Shown: positions 1 to 8,652 of the stretch, one piece after another
Layout: the number at the start of each line of letters is the position of its first letter
Position numbering within the stretch: position 1 is the first letter of the stretch
Source: an uncultured Oligoflexus sp.
GTDB lineage: Bacteria; Bdellovibrionota_B; Oligoflexia; Oligoflexales; Oligoflexaceae
Reading direction: 5' to 3'
Length of the DNA stretch: 21,434 nucleotides
Assembly: GCA_964236955.1 (NCBI GenBank)
Contig: CAXSGP010000070.1
Location: forward strand, 1 to 21,434
Notes under the pieces: model-generated
The model's database searches: none
What the model was told of the DNA's origin: nothing
Seen by the model: only the letters and a program-made list of their open reading frames with translations
Program-made: the position numbers and the translations under genes

Positions 1-13
1 TAACCTTGGCGGC

Positions 14-250
14 CTACCGGAGCCGGAGCACGCCCACAGATTCTGCTGAGGAGGCTGTTTCTTGAACTCCTGACGAAACAATCCCCACGATGACAGAGCT
101 GTCTCGCAGAATCACAGGTCCACCGGAATCGCCGCTCGAAGCTTCACAAGGAGCACCCAGCATTGTCATCATAGGATTCACCGACTCTTTTAAATTGATC
201 CCATTTACCTTCGAGTAATCTACCTTTCGCTCTTTCTGCAAAAGCGTCAC
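14..250 (-). pseudogene. C-terminal fragment of a trypsin-like (S1) serine protease
   Basis: Contains the catalytic Ser motif GDSGGP followed by IVGIVSSG. It is only 78 aa, with no His/Asp-bearing N-terminal half and no signal peptide. The GTG start overlaps the GNAT stop (GTGA). Confidence 0.6.
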
Positions 251-756
251 GCAAGATGGCGCAATTTCTTCGTAAAAATATGATCAGAATCATTGGGTGT
301 AGTCATTGTTTCCTTAAATTCAAATCCTGCCTTTTGCACCACTCCTACCGAGGCCTTGTTTCTGACGTCAATATAAGCGACAGCGGTATCGACTTCTGGC
401 TTTGCTTCTAGATAAGCGATGAGCCATGCTAAACCTTCTGTCGCATACCCTTGACGCCATAGGCTCGGCCACACTACGTAGGCGACTACAGCCAATCGCT
501 CTTCTGTCATTAATGTGGCCTGTAGCGTTCCAATAGTAACCGAGCTTAGTCGATCGTACATCACCCAATTGAGCCATTTTTCAGGACGTGCTGGCCTTGG
601 ACCACCAACTAACATTTCAAATCGGGCTTTTAGTTCTGGCAAGGTGGAGTATTGCTTATCCGAGATGTAAGAATAAATCCTTGAGTCCTGAAGATCTAGA
701 AATAATTCTTCCGCATGCTCAGCTCTCAAGGTCTCAACTCTCATTCTGTTTTTCAT
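247..756 (-). CDS. GNAT (RimJ/RimL-like) N-acetyltransferase
   Basis: Acetyl-CoA motif A (WRQGYATE) and motif B (N.AS...QKAGF); 169 aa; GAGG RBS upstream. Confidence 0.9.
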   Translation of the reverse strand: MKNRMRVETLRAEHAEELFLDLQDSRIYSYISDKQYSTLPELKARFEMLVGGPRPARPEKWLNWVMYDRLSSVTIGTLQATLMTEERLAVVAYVVWPSLWRQGYATEGLAWLIAYLEAKPEVDTAVAYIDVRNKASVGVVQKAGFEFKETMTTPNDSDHIFTKKLRHLA

Positions 757-934
757 GAAACCTCTGAAAAATATGTAGAAACAACAGCAGATTAAAGCTG
801 AATTAATAGGACAAAATTAAATCAAAAACTACAGTTAAATAGAGCGTTTGTTTTACAGTCCGCTATTGATCTATTTGCGTTTCGATGCAATCTAACTGCG
901 CTATCCCCATTCCATCCCGGCTCACAAAGCTCAC

Positions 935-2572
935 TTAAGGGCCTTTAGCTTTTATAGGGGCCAAATTGTTTATGACAGAAGCTGCAACCCTTAAACCACT
1001 CTCCACAGCGCCGTTCATAAAGCCTGCTGAGACCTCGCTGGTGTGTTCTCCGGCAAATAGCAGTTGCCCACCGCATTCCGCTTCGCCAAAACAGCCCCCA
1101 ATAGTGGTGTATTGCCCCGGTTTTTGACAGATGTAACTTCCCATGGCTGTTGGCACCGCGGCCCATACCTGAAGCACTCTTTTTTTGGCGACAAGATCTT
1201 TTATGCCTGGGTAGACGGTGTTGAGATCCGCCAGGCTTTTATTGGCCATAGCGTTCGTGAAGGTCTTGCCAATTGTGCCACCCAAAAAATTTGTAAAAAT
1301 CCCGCTATTGCCTTTTTGCTGCCGGGAGCTATCCCATCCCCCTTGAAATTTGAGATCGGTAAGGAGACTGCCGTCGCTTGGAGGAAAGGATTTATCTGTT
1401 TCACGCCAAAAGCGGGAGCTAAAGCCAAGCATGAGTTTGGTGTTTGTGCCATAGCCAAGCTCACGAATAGCCTGCAATTTTCGAGCTGAGAGGCCGATCT
1501 TGTCGATTCCTTTGACGGCGCGAAGCACGGTAAAAGGTAAAGTGAGGATACAGGTATTGGCCCGGACTTCCGTAGCTTGGGCTGATGGGTCAAACTTCCC
1601 GTCGGCTCCCATCTTTTGAAAGAGAAGCTGAAAGTGCCCATCGAGGCCGCGGGCGATAGACGTGAGAAAAAGATTGGTCGTATAATGTCCGCGAAGGTTT
1701 TTTTCCAGACTTTTGATCAACAGGGAGCTACCGCCCCTAATCCGAAACTGCTCATCACTTTCACCAAAAAGTTTAAAACCTTTGCTAAGCTCAGTCCCTA
1801 TAAAAGACACGAGATTGATAGCCGACTGCTCATCCGCATCCAATCCGTATTCGCCAACGTAGGCAACCCGAATGAGATTGTGCACCCATGGGGGACTTTC
1901 ATGATCGGAATTTAAATAGGCATCGAGCGTCATATGATCGAGCAGTTTTATAGCATCGGAAAGTGGTTCTTTATAGCTAGGCATCGTAAATTCGCCGTTG
2001 ACCATAAAGCCTTTGGCATCGGCAGCAATTTTCTTCGCCAGGGGGCGAAAGCCTTCGATCAGATCTTCTTCGCTTTGCCATGCCTTATCGAAAAAATGCA
2101 CCTCGGCCACTCGTGATGGATCAGGAAGCTGTTCGAGTTCGAGGCCAAATTCGTTCATGAGGCTTTGTATCTCTTTATGCCCGGTATCGATGAGCTCACC
2201 GCCTTTTTCGCAAAACATTCCTTCCTCATTAAAATCATACTCGGTAAAAATTCGGCCTCCGAGTCGATTATTGGCTTCGTAGATATGGGATTTTATGCCA
2301 GCCTTTTTTAGATAATAGGCAGCCGAAAGCCCGGCCGCGCCACCACCGACGATGACAACCTTTCGATGGGGTCCGGCGGTCGATCCCGAAGGTTGCGCCG
2401 GACTGGATAGTTCGGGTGATTGGCAGGCATTCAGGTAGGCGGTCAGGGAGCTGACAGCTGCGAGCTTGAGGCCATCCCGTCGAGTTATGGCAAGGTCACC
2501 TGCCGCCGTTTCCAGGTTCAATGCCTTTGACAATGCGCGCGCAACGGATCGAAACAATGCTGTTCTGGACAT
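935..2572 (-). CDS. Flavin monoamine oxidase family protein, probable Tat-exported lipoprotein
   Basis: GGGAAGL dinucleotide-binding motif, EANNRLGGR, and C-terminal FAGEHTS..GFMNGAVESG. N-terminus has ITRRDGLK, a hydrophobic stretch and an LNAC lipobox. Start moved to ATG 2572 (MSRTALF, AGGA upstream). Confidence 0.88.
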   Translation of the reverse strand: MSRTALFRSVARALSKALNLETAAGDLAITRRDGLKLAAVSSLTAYLNACQSPELSSPAQPSGSTAGPHRKVVIVGGGAAGLSAAYYLKKAGIKSHIYEANNRLGGRIFTEYDFNEEGMFCEKGGELIDTGHKEIQSLMNEFGLELEQLPDPSRVAEVHFFDKAWQSEEDLIEGFRPLAKKIAADAKGFMVNGEFTMPSYKEPLSDAIKLLDHMTLDAYLNSDHESPPWVHNLIRVAYVGEYGLDADEQSAINLVSFIGTELSKGFKLFGESDEQFRIRGGSSLLIKSLEKNLRGHYTTNLFLTSIARGLDGHFQLLFQKMGADGKFDPSAQATEVRANTCILTLPFTVLRAVKGIDKIGLSARKLQAIRELGYGTNTKLMLGFSSRFWRETDKSFPPSDGSLLTDLKFQGGWDSSRQQKGNSGIFTNFLGGTIGKTFTNAMANKSLADLNTVYPGIKDLVAKKRVLQVWAAVPTAMGSYICQKPGQYTTIGGCFGEAECGGQLLFAGEHTSEVSAGFMNGAVESGLRVAASVINNLAPIKAKGP

Positions 2573-2768
2573 GCGGAATTTTTCCTGACGATTGAGATAG
2601 AGGATACGAGAGGAGATGGTATTGTATTTTGCAATTTCGTTCCAGAGATTGTGGGATGAAAAATGCCAGCGTGGCAAACCCTTCAACAAAAAAGTCGACG
2701 AACCTGTTTAAGCCCTCTTTTCAAAAGGGTTTAAGCCATTGGCTATTATACATAATTAAAGTCTTATC

Positions 2769-3051
2769 GTGCTTGCTTCTAGTGCGGAGGCAGCAGCGTG
2801 TCCTGCTGTTTTCTCATTCCACGTTAAGAGTGTGGCAAAAGGAAGGCACACGGGTGCCGACCTATCGAACGGTTGGTGGCCATCATAGATATGAGGTCAG
2901 GGCATTACCGAATCCTTCACTTTCCGTTCTCTTGAACCTGTGCGAGAGGTCGATGCCGTGGCGTATTCTCGGGGTGTCCAAATCAGATTAAAAAAAAGAC
3001 CTCCGGACCCAAAATGAAAGGCTTACGAAATACTGTGAAGAAGAATTCAAG
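2769..3051 (+). mobile_element. tnpA: Degenerate IS607-family tnpA remnant (MerR-like HTH plus start of the serine recombinase domain)
   Basis: Across frames it reads (M)LASSAEAAA / STLRVWQKEG..PTYRTVGGHHRY / AVAYSR[+1]VSKSD*KKDLRTQNERLTKYC. This matches the IS607 TnpA pattern EAA..LGV..TLR.W..EG...RT.GGHRRY....YARVS..QK.DL..Q. It carries frameshifts and a TAA at 2989. Confidence 0.8.
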
Positions 3052-3091
3052 CTGTTGCAGGCTTTGATGCCGGAAATGACGCCTTATACCA

Positions 3092-3493
3092 TCAGGGCGA
3101 AGTTAAAACTAACCCGCGTGTGACAGGTTCTGTATTTGTCACTTTCCCCTGATTTCGAGATGATGGTCCAAGGTGCGGCGGATGCATCAGCTTTTTAGCT
3201 GGCAATGCGAACCTATCAGTCGACCCCAAAGGCAGACTAAAAGGTGGCCTTGGAAGTGTTTCACCAGGCTCAGTCAACTCTTCCCCGGCCGCATCAGACC
3301 TTGCAAATAATGTCTTTACGCCAGCCGATAGCAGCATGCCAAAGACGATGCCCAAGCCTAAGAAAAAGGCTCTGGCCCGTAGGGGAGTGGCCTGGATAAA
3401 AGCATCGATTTGAGAAGGACTTGAGCCTGTCGATACGAAAAATGTTTCAGAAGCGGTTTTCGCTCCAAAAAGGTCTTTGGCTGTCGTTTCCAT
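3092..3493 (-). CDS. Hypothetical single-pass membrane protein
   Basis: 133 aa ORF with an AAAGGA RBS, one hydrophobic helix (AFFLGLGIVFGMLLSAGV) and a Pro-rich tail. Confidence 0.65.
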   Translation of the reverse strand: METTAKDLFGAKTASETFFVSTGSSPSQIDAFIQATPLRARAFFLGLGIVFGMLLSAGVKTLFARSDAAGEELTEPGETLPRPPFSLPLGSTDRFALPAKKLMHPPHLGPSSRNQGKVTNTEPVTRGLVLTSP

Positions 3494-3599
3494 TCGTATC
3501 CTTTCGGAATTAAACCCCTGCTTCCCTCATATTCGGTTGTTTTAAGACTCAACTTGAGACTAAAACAAATCTTTATATTTTATCTAGTAATTTCAATGA

Positions 3600-4838
3600 C
3601 TAAAGAGCCAGCCCTACACTGACATTAACAAAGCCGCCTTGGAAGCTTTGGTTGGTTCCTGTCTCTATGCCGATACCGGGGAAGGCCAGCTGCCTCAGAT
3701 AAAAATAAATCCCGGCTCCGGCCGCCGAGTAGTCAACTACGGAATTTAAGCCGCCACGATTCTGAAGGTGACCCCAATCGGCAAATAGAGCAGTGGTTAA
3801 TGTGCCTTTATCAAGCCTCTTCAGGGGAACCTGATATTCTAAGGTTTCAGTTTGATAGGATTCTGCCCATGCGCTTCGACTTTCAATGCCGCGAAATCCT
3901 TTGGCCGACCCCACGCGCTCGGCGTCCGTCACCCGCCCCCCTTCGACTTTTAGGCCGTTGGTTTGCACGAGAACCGCGTGATCGGCGAATGCCTGGTGCT
4001 GCCAACTCAGGAGGTAGCTGGAGGTTTTTGGCAGTTTCTGTCCATCATTGGGCCCAAAATTTTTAAGGTAGCGTGTTCGAAAGAAAGTTCCTTCCGAAAA
4101 GTAGAGCTTATAATCGCGTTTATCATATTCCAGATTTATTCCCGCCAGATAGCTTTTATAGTCCATGGGAATGGAATAATCCTCGTGGTTTCGATAGGAA
4201 CGGTCCATGCGCGCCAGCTGGCCACTGACACTAACCCAAGAAAAATGATAGCCAACGCTAAAGGAAGCGGCGATTGATTTTTCCAAAAAGCCTTGGCTGA
4301 TGCGATTGTGTTCTTTCAGTTCATAGCTACTTGATTCCTGCCGGGCCATGATCAAGGTGAAAAAGCGGCTGGCAAGGATGCTAGGATCGACGAAAAAGCC
4401 AAAAAAACTATTCCCCCGGTTGGACACGGAAGCGCCGAGACCCAACGTCAGTCCCTGTCCTAATAGATTGGTATCGAAGACGACAAGGCCGCCGCGCGTC
4501 GTTTTCCCACTTTTGGAATAAAAGGGAGCTGGAATGAGAGTCCATCTTTCAACAACCCTGATGCTGAGCATGGCGTCTTGCTGGGAGACTTTTACTTCAG
4601 CAAATAACTTAGAATTTAGCAGGCATTGTTCGAGCGAAGTCAGATCGCGCTGCAAGACCACGATGGCTTCATCATGATCGGCGAGACAATTTTCGGCCAG
4701 TTCGGCAATGTAAGAGGAATGGGTACGGCCATTCCCTGTAATATCAAAGCTTCGTTTGGCAGCCATGATTCGAGTCGAGGGAACAATTAGGCTGAACGAG
4801 GCTAAAAGAAGAGACATAGGTACCATGCGATTCAACAT
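3600..4838 (-). CDS. Omp85/BamA-TamA superfamily outer membrane protein, single POTRA
   Basis: Signal peptide; POTRA-like segment (ITGNGRT...LLNSKLFAEV...IRVVER); barrel start NLLGQG; loop-6-like GFRG; alternating terminal beta-strand. Confidence 0.8.
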   Translation of the reverse strand: MLNRMVPMSLLLASFSLIVPSTRIMAAKRSFDITGNGRTHSSYIAELAENCLADHDEAIVVLQRDLTSLEQCLLNSKLFAEVKVSQQDAMLSIRVVERWTLIPAPFYSKSGKTTRGGLVVFDTNLLGQGLTLGLGASVSNRGNSFFGFFVDPSILASRFFTLIMARQESSSYELKEHNRISQGFLEKSIAASFSVGYHFSWVSVSGQLARMDRSYRNHEDYSIPMDYKSYLAGINLEYDKRDYKLYFSEGTFFRTRYLKNFGPNDGQKLPKTSSYLLSWQHQAFADHAVLVQTNGLKVEGGRVTDAERVGSAKGFRGIESRSAWAESYQTETLEYQVPLKRLDKGTLTTALFADWGHLQNRGGLNSVVDYSAAGAGIYFYLRQLAFPGIGIETGTNQSFQGGFVNVSVGLAL

Positions 4839-4975
4839 GCAAGATCGATGTCCTTAGTGGTCAATCGTGAAAATGGGCAATGGCGTTTGCCTAAAAATAT
4901 CTACGTTGTCTAAATCCTTGACAGTTTTTTGGATTTGACTCTCAATAGAGTGCTGAAAGTATTGCGATTAAAGAA

Positions 4976-4991
4976 CGGCAGGACCTTTGCT
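4976..4991 (+). promoter_or_regulatory. Putative sigma-54 (-24/-12) promoter
   Basis: CGGCAGGACCTTTGCT has GG-N10-GC with TTGCT and lies about 50 nt upstream of ATG 5043. Confidence 0.45.
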
Positions 4992-5042
4992 TATGACAGC
5001 TCAGCTGTTGTTGCCCTTCTCGTTGCTGTTGTTGAGGTTGAA

Positions 5043-5429
5043 ATGTCCCACCCGTCGCTTGTTTGTGTGAAATGTAAGAGTCATACTGATACTCTCGGTC
5101 GTCATCCTATTCAAATGCTGAGTAATCGGCGTGCTATCAAGGGAATCTGTCCGGTTTGTTCCACCGAAACTTATCGTTTCCTGCCGGGCGATGGCGGTCC
5201 GGTAACTCAACTGGCGCTGATTTCCTCGCAAAGGCGCCTCCCCAGGGCCAAGGCCGCAAACAAATCGATGCTGATCGCTAACGTTTCACGCGATATAAAT
5301 GAGATGTCACGCCTTGAAATCATGAATTTTGGGCTTGCCGATAGGTTGCTTCATTATGGAATTCTCTTTGTGATCTTTGGTCTTTCAATCGTCATTGGGT
5401 TTATCATCTGCTCGCGTCTCCTACCCTAA
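5043..5429 (+). CDS. DUF5679-like Zn-ribbon protein with C-terminal transmembrane helix
   Basis: CVKCK-x-NRRAIKGICPVC-TETYRF resembles DUF5679. Hydrophobic C-terminus (YGILFVIFGLSIVIGFII). GAGG RBS precedes ATG 5043. Confidence 0.7.
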   Translation: MSHPSLVCVKCKSHTDTLGRHPIQMLSNRRAIKGICPVCSTETYRFLPGDGGPVTQLALISSQRRLPRAKAANKSMLIANVSRDINEMSRLEIMNFGLADRLLHYGILFVIFGLSIVIGFIICSRLLP

Positions 5430-5431
5430 TG

Positions 5432-5469
5432 AAAAAGGGTTAGCCAAACAAAGCCAGCCCTCAAAAAAA
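5432..5469 (-). terminator. Probable intrinsic terminator downstream of fabH
   Basis: On the minus strand, an imperfect stem AGGGCTGGC/GCTAACCCT is followed by a T-run; it lies between convergent genes. Confidence 0.45.
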
Positions 5470-5484
5470 GCCGGAACGAAGATA

Positions 5485-6489
5485 CTAGTATTGAATTATG
5501 CCAGCGGCCCAGGTAAAGCCCGCTCCAAAAGCTGCCAAGAGGAGTTTGTCCCCGCGCTTGACTCGACCCGATCGCACGGTTTCGTCGAGGAGCATGGGAA
5601 TAGAAGCTGCCGAGCAGTTGCCATAGTTTTGAATATTGCTTGGGCATTTTTCCATTGGAATTTTTAAAAGTTCGGCGACTTTTTCGTTGATGCGAATATT
5701 GGCCTGATGAAAGATGAAATGGTCGATCTGCGCGAGATCGAGCCTTTCCTTGAGCAAAATCTCCTTAACCACTTCCTGAAGCCTTTCCACCGCATGTTTA
5801 TAAACATAGCGGCCTTCCATAAAGGGAAAGTGTCGACCTTCAGCTTTATGCTCATCGGTGAACCAGCTGCCGCCGCTACTACCGGGACGTTCGATCCACA
5901 GGCGATCGGCGAATTGACCTTGGCTGTGAATGATGATGCCTCCGATCTCAGAGGATTTACCTTCGGTGGCTTCTACGACGACGGCGCCTGCGCCATCACC
6001 AAAAAGGACAGCGACATCACGTCCTTTGGTAGTAAAGTCGAGAACCGGGGAATGGGTTTCCGCACCCACCACCAGGATACGCTTATAGATCCCGGCTTCG
6101 ATGAAGGCTTTCGCAACGTTAAGCGAATAGAGAAAGCCTGAGCATTGGGCGCGCAGGTCCATGGAGGGCGTTGTCTCAAGGCCTAATTTTGCCTGAAGCA
6201 GGGCCGAGCTGCCTGGAAACATATGGTCGGCGGAAAGTGTGGCCAGGATTATGAGATCGAGATCTTTGGCGGAAATTTTTGCGCTCTCCAGAGCTAAGAG
6301 CGTCGCCTCATAGGCAAGATCAGCGGTGCCAACGCCATCGACGTGATGCCGGGTTTCAATACCCGAGCGTTGCCGTATCCACTCATCTGTGGTGTCCATT
6401 ATCTTTTCGAGGTCAGAGTTTTTAACGACTCTTGGAGGAACGTACATCCCAGTGCCGGTTATTTTAGCTTTAAATTTAGTTAAGCTCAC
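5485..6489 (-). CDS. fabH: 3-oxoacyl-ACP synthase III
   Basis: Catalytic triad motifs QCSGF, FHQAN and YGNCSAAS, plus FGDGAGA and AFGAGFTW. GTG start at 6489 with GGAGG RBS. Confidence 0.96.
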   Translation of the reverse strand: MSLTKFKAKITGTGMYVPPRVVKNSDLEKIMDTTDEWIRQRSGIETRHHVDGVGTADLAYEATLLALESAKISAKDLDLIILATLSADHMFPGSSALLQAKLGLETTPSMDLRAQCSGFLYSLNVAKAFIEAGIYKRILVVGAETHSPVLDFTTKGRDVAVLFGDGAGAVVVEATEGKSSEIGGIIIHSQGQFADRLWIERPGSSGGSWFTDEHKAEGRHFPFMEGRYVYKHAVERLQEVVKEILLKERLDLAQIDHFIFHQANIRINEKVAELLKIPMEKCPSNIQNYGNCSAASIPMLLDETVRSGRVKRGDKLLLAAFGAGFTWAAGIIQY

Positions 6490-6518
6490 AAACTTCCTCC
6501 CGTCAGCCACATAAAAAG

Positions 6519-6558
6519 ATAAGGAGAGTATAATACTCTCCTTATGACTTAGTTTCAA
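6519..6558 (-). promoter_or_regulatory. sigma-70 promoter of fabH overlapped by a perfect 12-bp inverted repeat
   Basis: TTGAAA (6558-6553), 17-nt spacer, TATTAT (6535-6530). The inverted repeat ATAAGGAGAGTA-TAA-TACTCTCCTTAT (6519-6545) is centred on the -10. Confidence 0.6.
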
Positions 6559-6720
6559 ACTATTGAACACTGATGGGAAATAGGCCATCCGCTCTTGGCT
6601 GGGTTTGCAGATCTACCCATTGGGTCGTGTATTCCGTAGCCCTATTCGCCCTCCCATCGCGATCTTCAACTCGACCATGCGCAGTCATGAAAATTTGGCA
6701 GAATCCCAGCAAAATCTTAA

Positions 6721-8652
6721 CTATTCAGACTGTTCCCACATTGAAATGCCAGCTTCATACTTTCTCTGTCCAGCTTCTTCGATAAAGGCTTTGCCCGTCA
6801 TAATATCTAGGTGGTTATCGAGGCGGTTTCGGTAGAGCTCAAAACGAAGGGTGCGTCCCTCGGTTTCAGTGACCGGCAGGTCCATAAAAAAGTCAGGCTT
6901 ACGATCGGCATCAGCTCTTGGCTTTGGCCCCAGGCCGACTTCCACGGCAGGGCTAATGGTAAATGAAAACTCAATCTTACCGCCGTCTGAGGCCTGAGTG
7001 AGTTTGGCTTCCTGAAGCGCCAGATCGGCTACGAGTGGGAGGTCAGCAGGACAAGCGACACCCGTTTTGGTCTCGAGGTCAAAGCAAGCTTGGAAGGCAT
7101 AATTTTCATGGCCGACAAACGACATCTGTGCGCTAAGGATGTTCTTGAACTGCTGATAAGTCATCGTATACTGGAGAAAGCCATGCCCAAAGCCAGGTCG
7201 ATTGGCGGCCGAGAGACCTCGGTCGGTAGACGCAGCGATATTAGCGCTAAGTCTCGTCCAATCTTCGCGATGGGCGTTGATCTGTTGCTCCTGGTATGCG
7301 ATCGCCTTGGTTTTTGCGTCTTTTTCTGTCAAATCAGCAGGACTCAGATCGCCATAAAACTCTGCTGCCAGAAGACCGCGGAATTCCGGAAGGCGATCGG
7401 TGAATTCTTTGCCGGAACTCGAGTAGCTCGGTTGAGGCAAAAGCTTTCCATCCTTTAACTCGAAGAAGAGACGATCGCTTTCGCTCGTCTCAAAACCATT
7501 GCGCTCATTCAAATACTGCAGCAGCTGCTGAGTCGTGGCTGTGCGGGGTGCCGCTGGAGCCGGTAGAGGGAGAAAGGCGGAAGCATTCGCAACCGTGCCT
7601 TCGACAGCTTTGATGATCTGCCTAGGGCTGCGCTCTTCCGGCGAAAGGCCAAAGACCCTACAGATGTCCTGGCTGCCGGCGTTAGCAATCACCTTCAAGC
7701 AACCTGTATCGTTTTTCTGATCCAGTGCAATATTTACAAAGGCATCCTTCTTGTCGAAATAATTCTTCTTGTAAATACCAAGTCCAGTAAGAATAAAAGA
7801 CGATTCTTTAGAACCAAAAACACCGCGAGTGGCTTCGTAGTTGGCGTCACTGAGAAGGTTGGCGAGGCGCAGCCGCTTGTCGGTCTTTGCCGCAGCAAGA
7901 AGTGGATCGGACGCTTCCAGTGGGGAGGTGAACCACCGGGTTTTGTTTACTCCCTCGAGCCAAACGCATTTAAGGTAATCGCCAGTCTCAGCCGTACAGC
8001 TAGGGCCGCTCAAAAGCTCATGGGCCGCATAATACTTCTGGCAAAGCGGTGTCGGCGAGGGCTGGGACTTGAAAAGGTTTTGAGCCAGGACCGGGTGTGC
8101 CGCCAGCTCTATAATTTTCGCCTCACAGTATTCCCCCCAGCTTGCCTCAAAGTTCGAGGCTTGCTCAGAGTTCAGATGAAGTGAGGCAAGCTCCCTATCT
8201 ATCCACGTCACGGCATTGTCCATTTTCTTCGTGTAAGCGATGGGGCTTTTGCTGAGAGCCTCAACCTGGAAGGCTTGTAAGCCTTCTTTCATGAGATTTA
8301 CCTGGATTGGCGCGACAGCAACATCATCTTTGTAGAGCCTGACATAATCCGACTCAACTTCAAACGACTTCATTGCCGCCCAGGACTCACGCGATTGCAC
8401 GGAGGCGTTGATGAGTTCGGCGAAATCAACAGGGGAAGCCTTGTCATTGGCAATAAAAAGGGTGCCTTTGTAGGTGGTGCGGTTTTTGGGGCTATTCAGC
8501 GCAAAAACGTCGTCACCAATTACCGGGTATTGGGGCCGGGTCATAGTTTGAACATGTTCGGAATTGGCCTTGGCCCATTTTCCGCAGGACGTGCTCATCA
8601 GCCCGAGGCTTAAGAGCAGTAAGCTTGAGGATAAACGCATTTTGTTCCTCAT
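6721..8652 (-). CDS. Large uncharacterised lipoprotein
   Basis: 643 aa with a lipoprotein signal ending MSTSC, 8 further Cys, a helical/coiled-coil middle and a beta-rich C-terminus. The start overlaps the upstream stop (TAATG). Confidence 0.8.
   Translation of the reverse strand: MRNKMRLSSSLLLLSLGLMSTSCGKWAKANSEHVQTMTRPQYPVIGDDVFALNSPKNRTTYKGTLFIANDKASPVDFAELINASVQSRESWAAMKSFEVESDYVRLYKDDVAVAPIQVNLMKEGLQAFQVEALSKSPIAYTKKMDNAVTWIDRELASLHLNSEQASNFEASWGEYCEAKIIELAAHPVLAQNLFKSQPSPTPLCQKYYAAHELLSGPSCTAETGDYLKCVWLEGVNKTRWFTSPLEASDPLLAAAKTDKRLRLANLLSDANYEATRGVFGSKESSFILTGLGIYKKNYFDKKDAFVNIALDQKNDTGCLKVIANAGSQDICRVFGLSPEERSPRQIIKAVEGTVANASAFLPLPAPAAPRTATTQQLLQYLNERNGFETSESDRLFFELKDGKLLPQPSYSSSGKEFTDRLPEFRGLLAAEFYGDLSPADLTEKDAKTKAIAYQEQQINAHREDWTRLSANIAASTDRGLSAANRPGFGHGFLQYTMTYQQFKNILSAQMSFVGHENYAFQACFDLETKTGVACPADLPLVADLALQEAKLTQASDGGKIEFSFTISPAVEVGLGPKPRADADRKPDFFMDLPVTETEGRTLRFELYRNRLDNHLDIMTGKAFIEEAGQRKYEAGISMWEQSE

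Noticed and set aside
2628..2645. sigma-54-like TGGAACGAAATTGCA upstream of the amine oxidase
   Set aside because: The GG-GC spacing is 9 nt, not the required 10.
2629..2991. 120-aa ORF as an intact gene
   Set aside because: Only parts match TnpA and the rest lies in other frames; it is treated as the IS607 remnant.
4931..4956. CIRCE-like GAGTGCTGA
   Set aside because: Only a right half-site; there is no TTAGCACTC at N9 spacing and no chaperone gene nearby.
6560..6690. Small ORF (about 42 aa, MTAHGRVED...) between the lipoprotein gene and fabH
   Set aside because: No RBS and no recognisable features.
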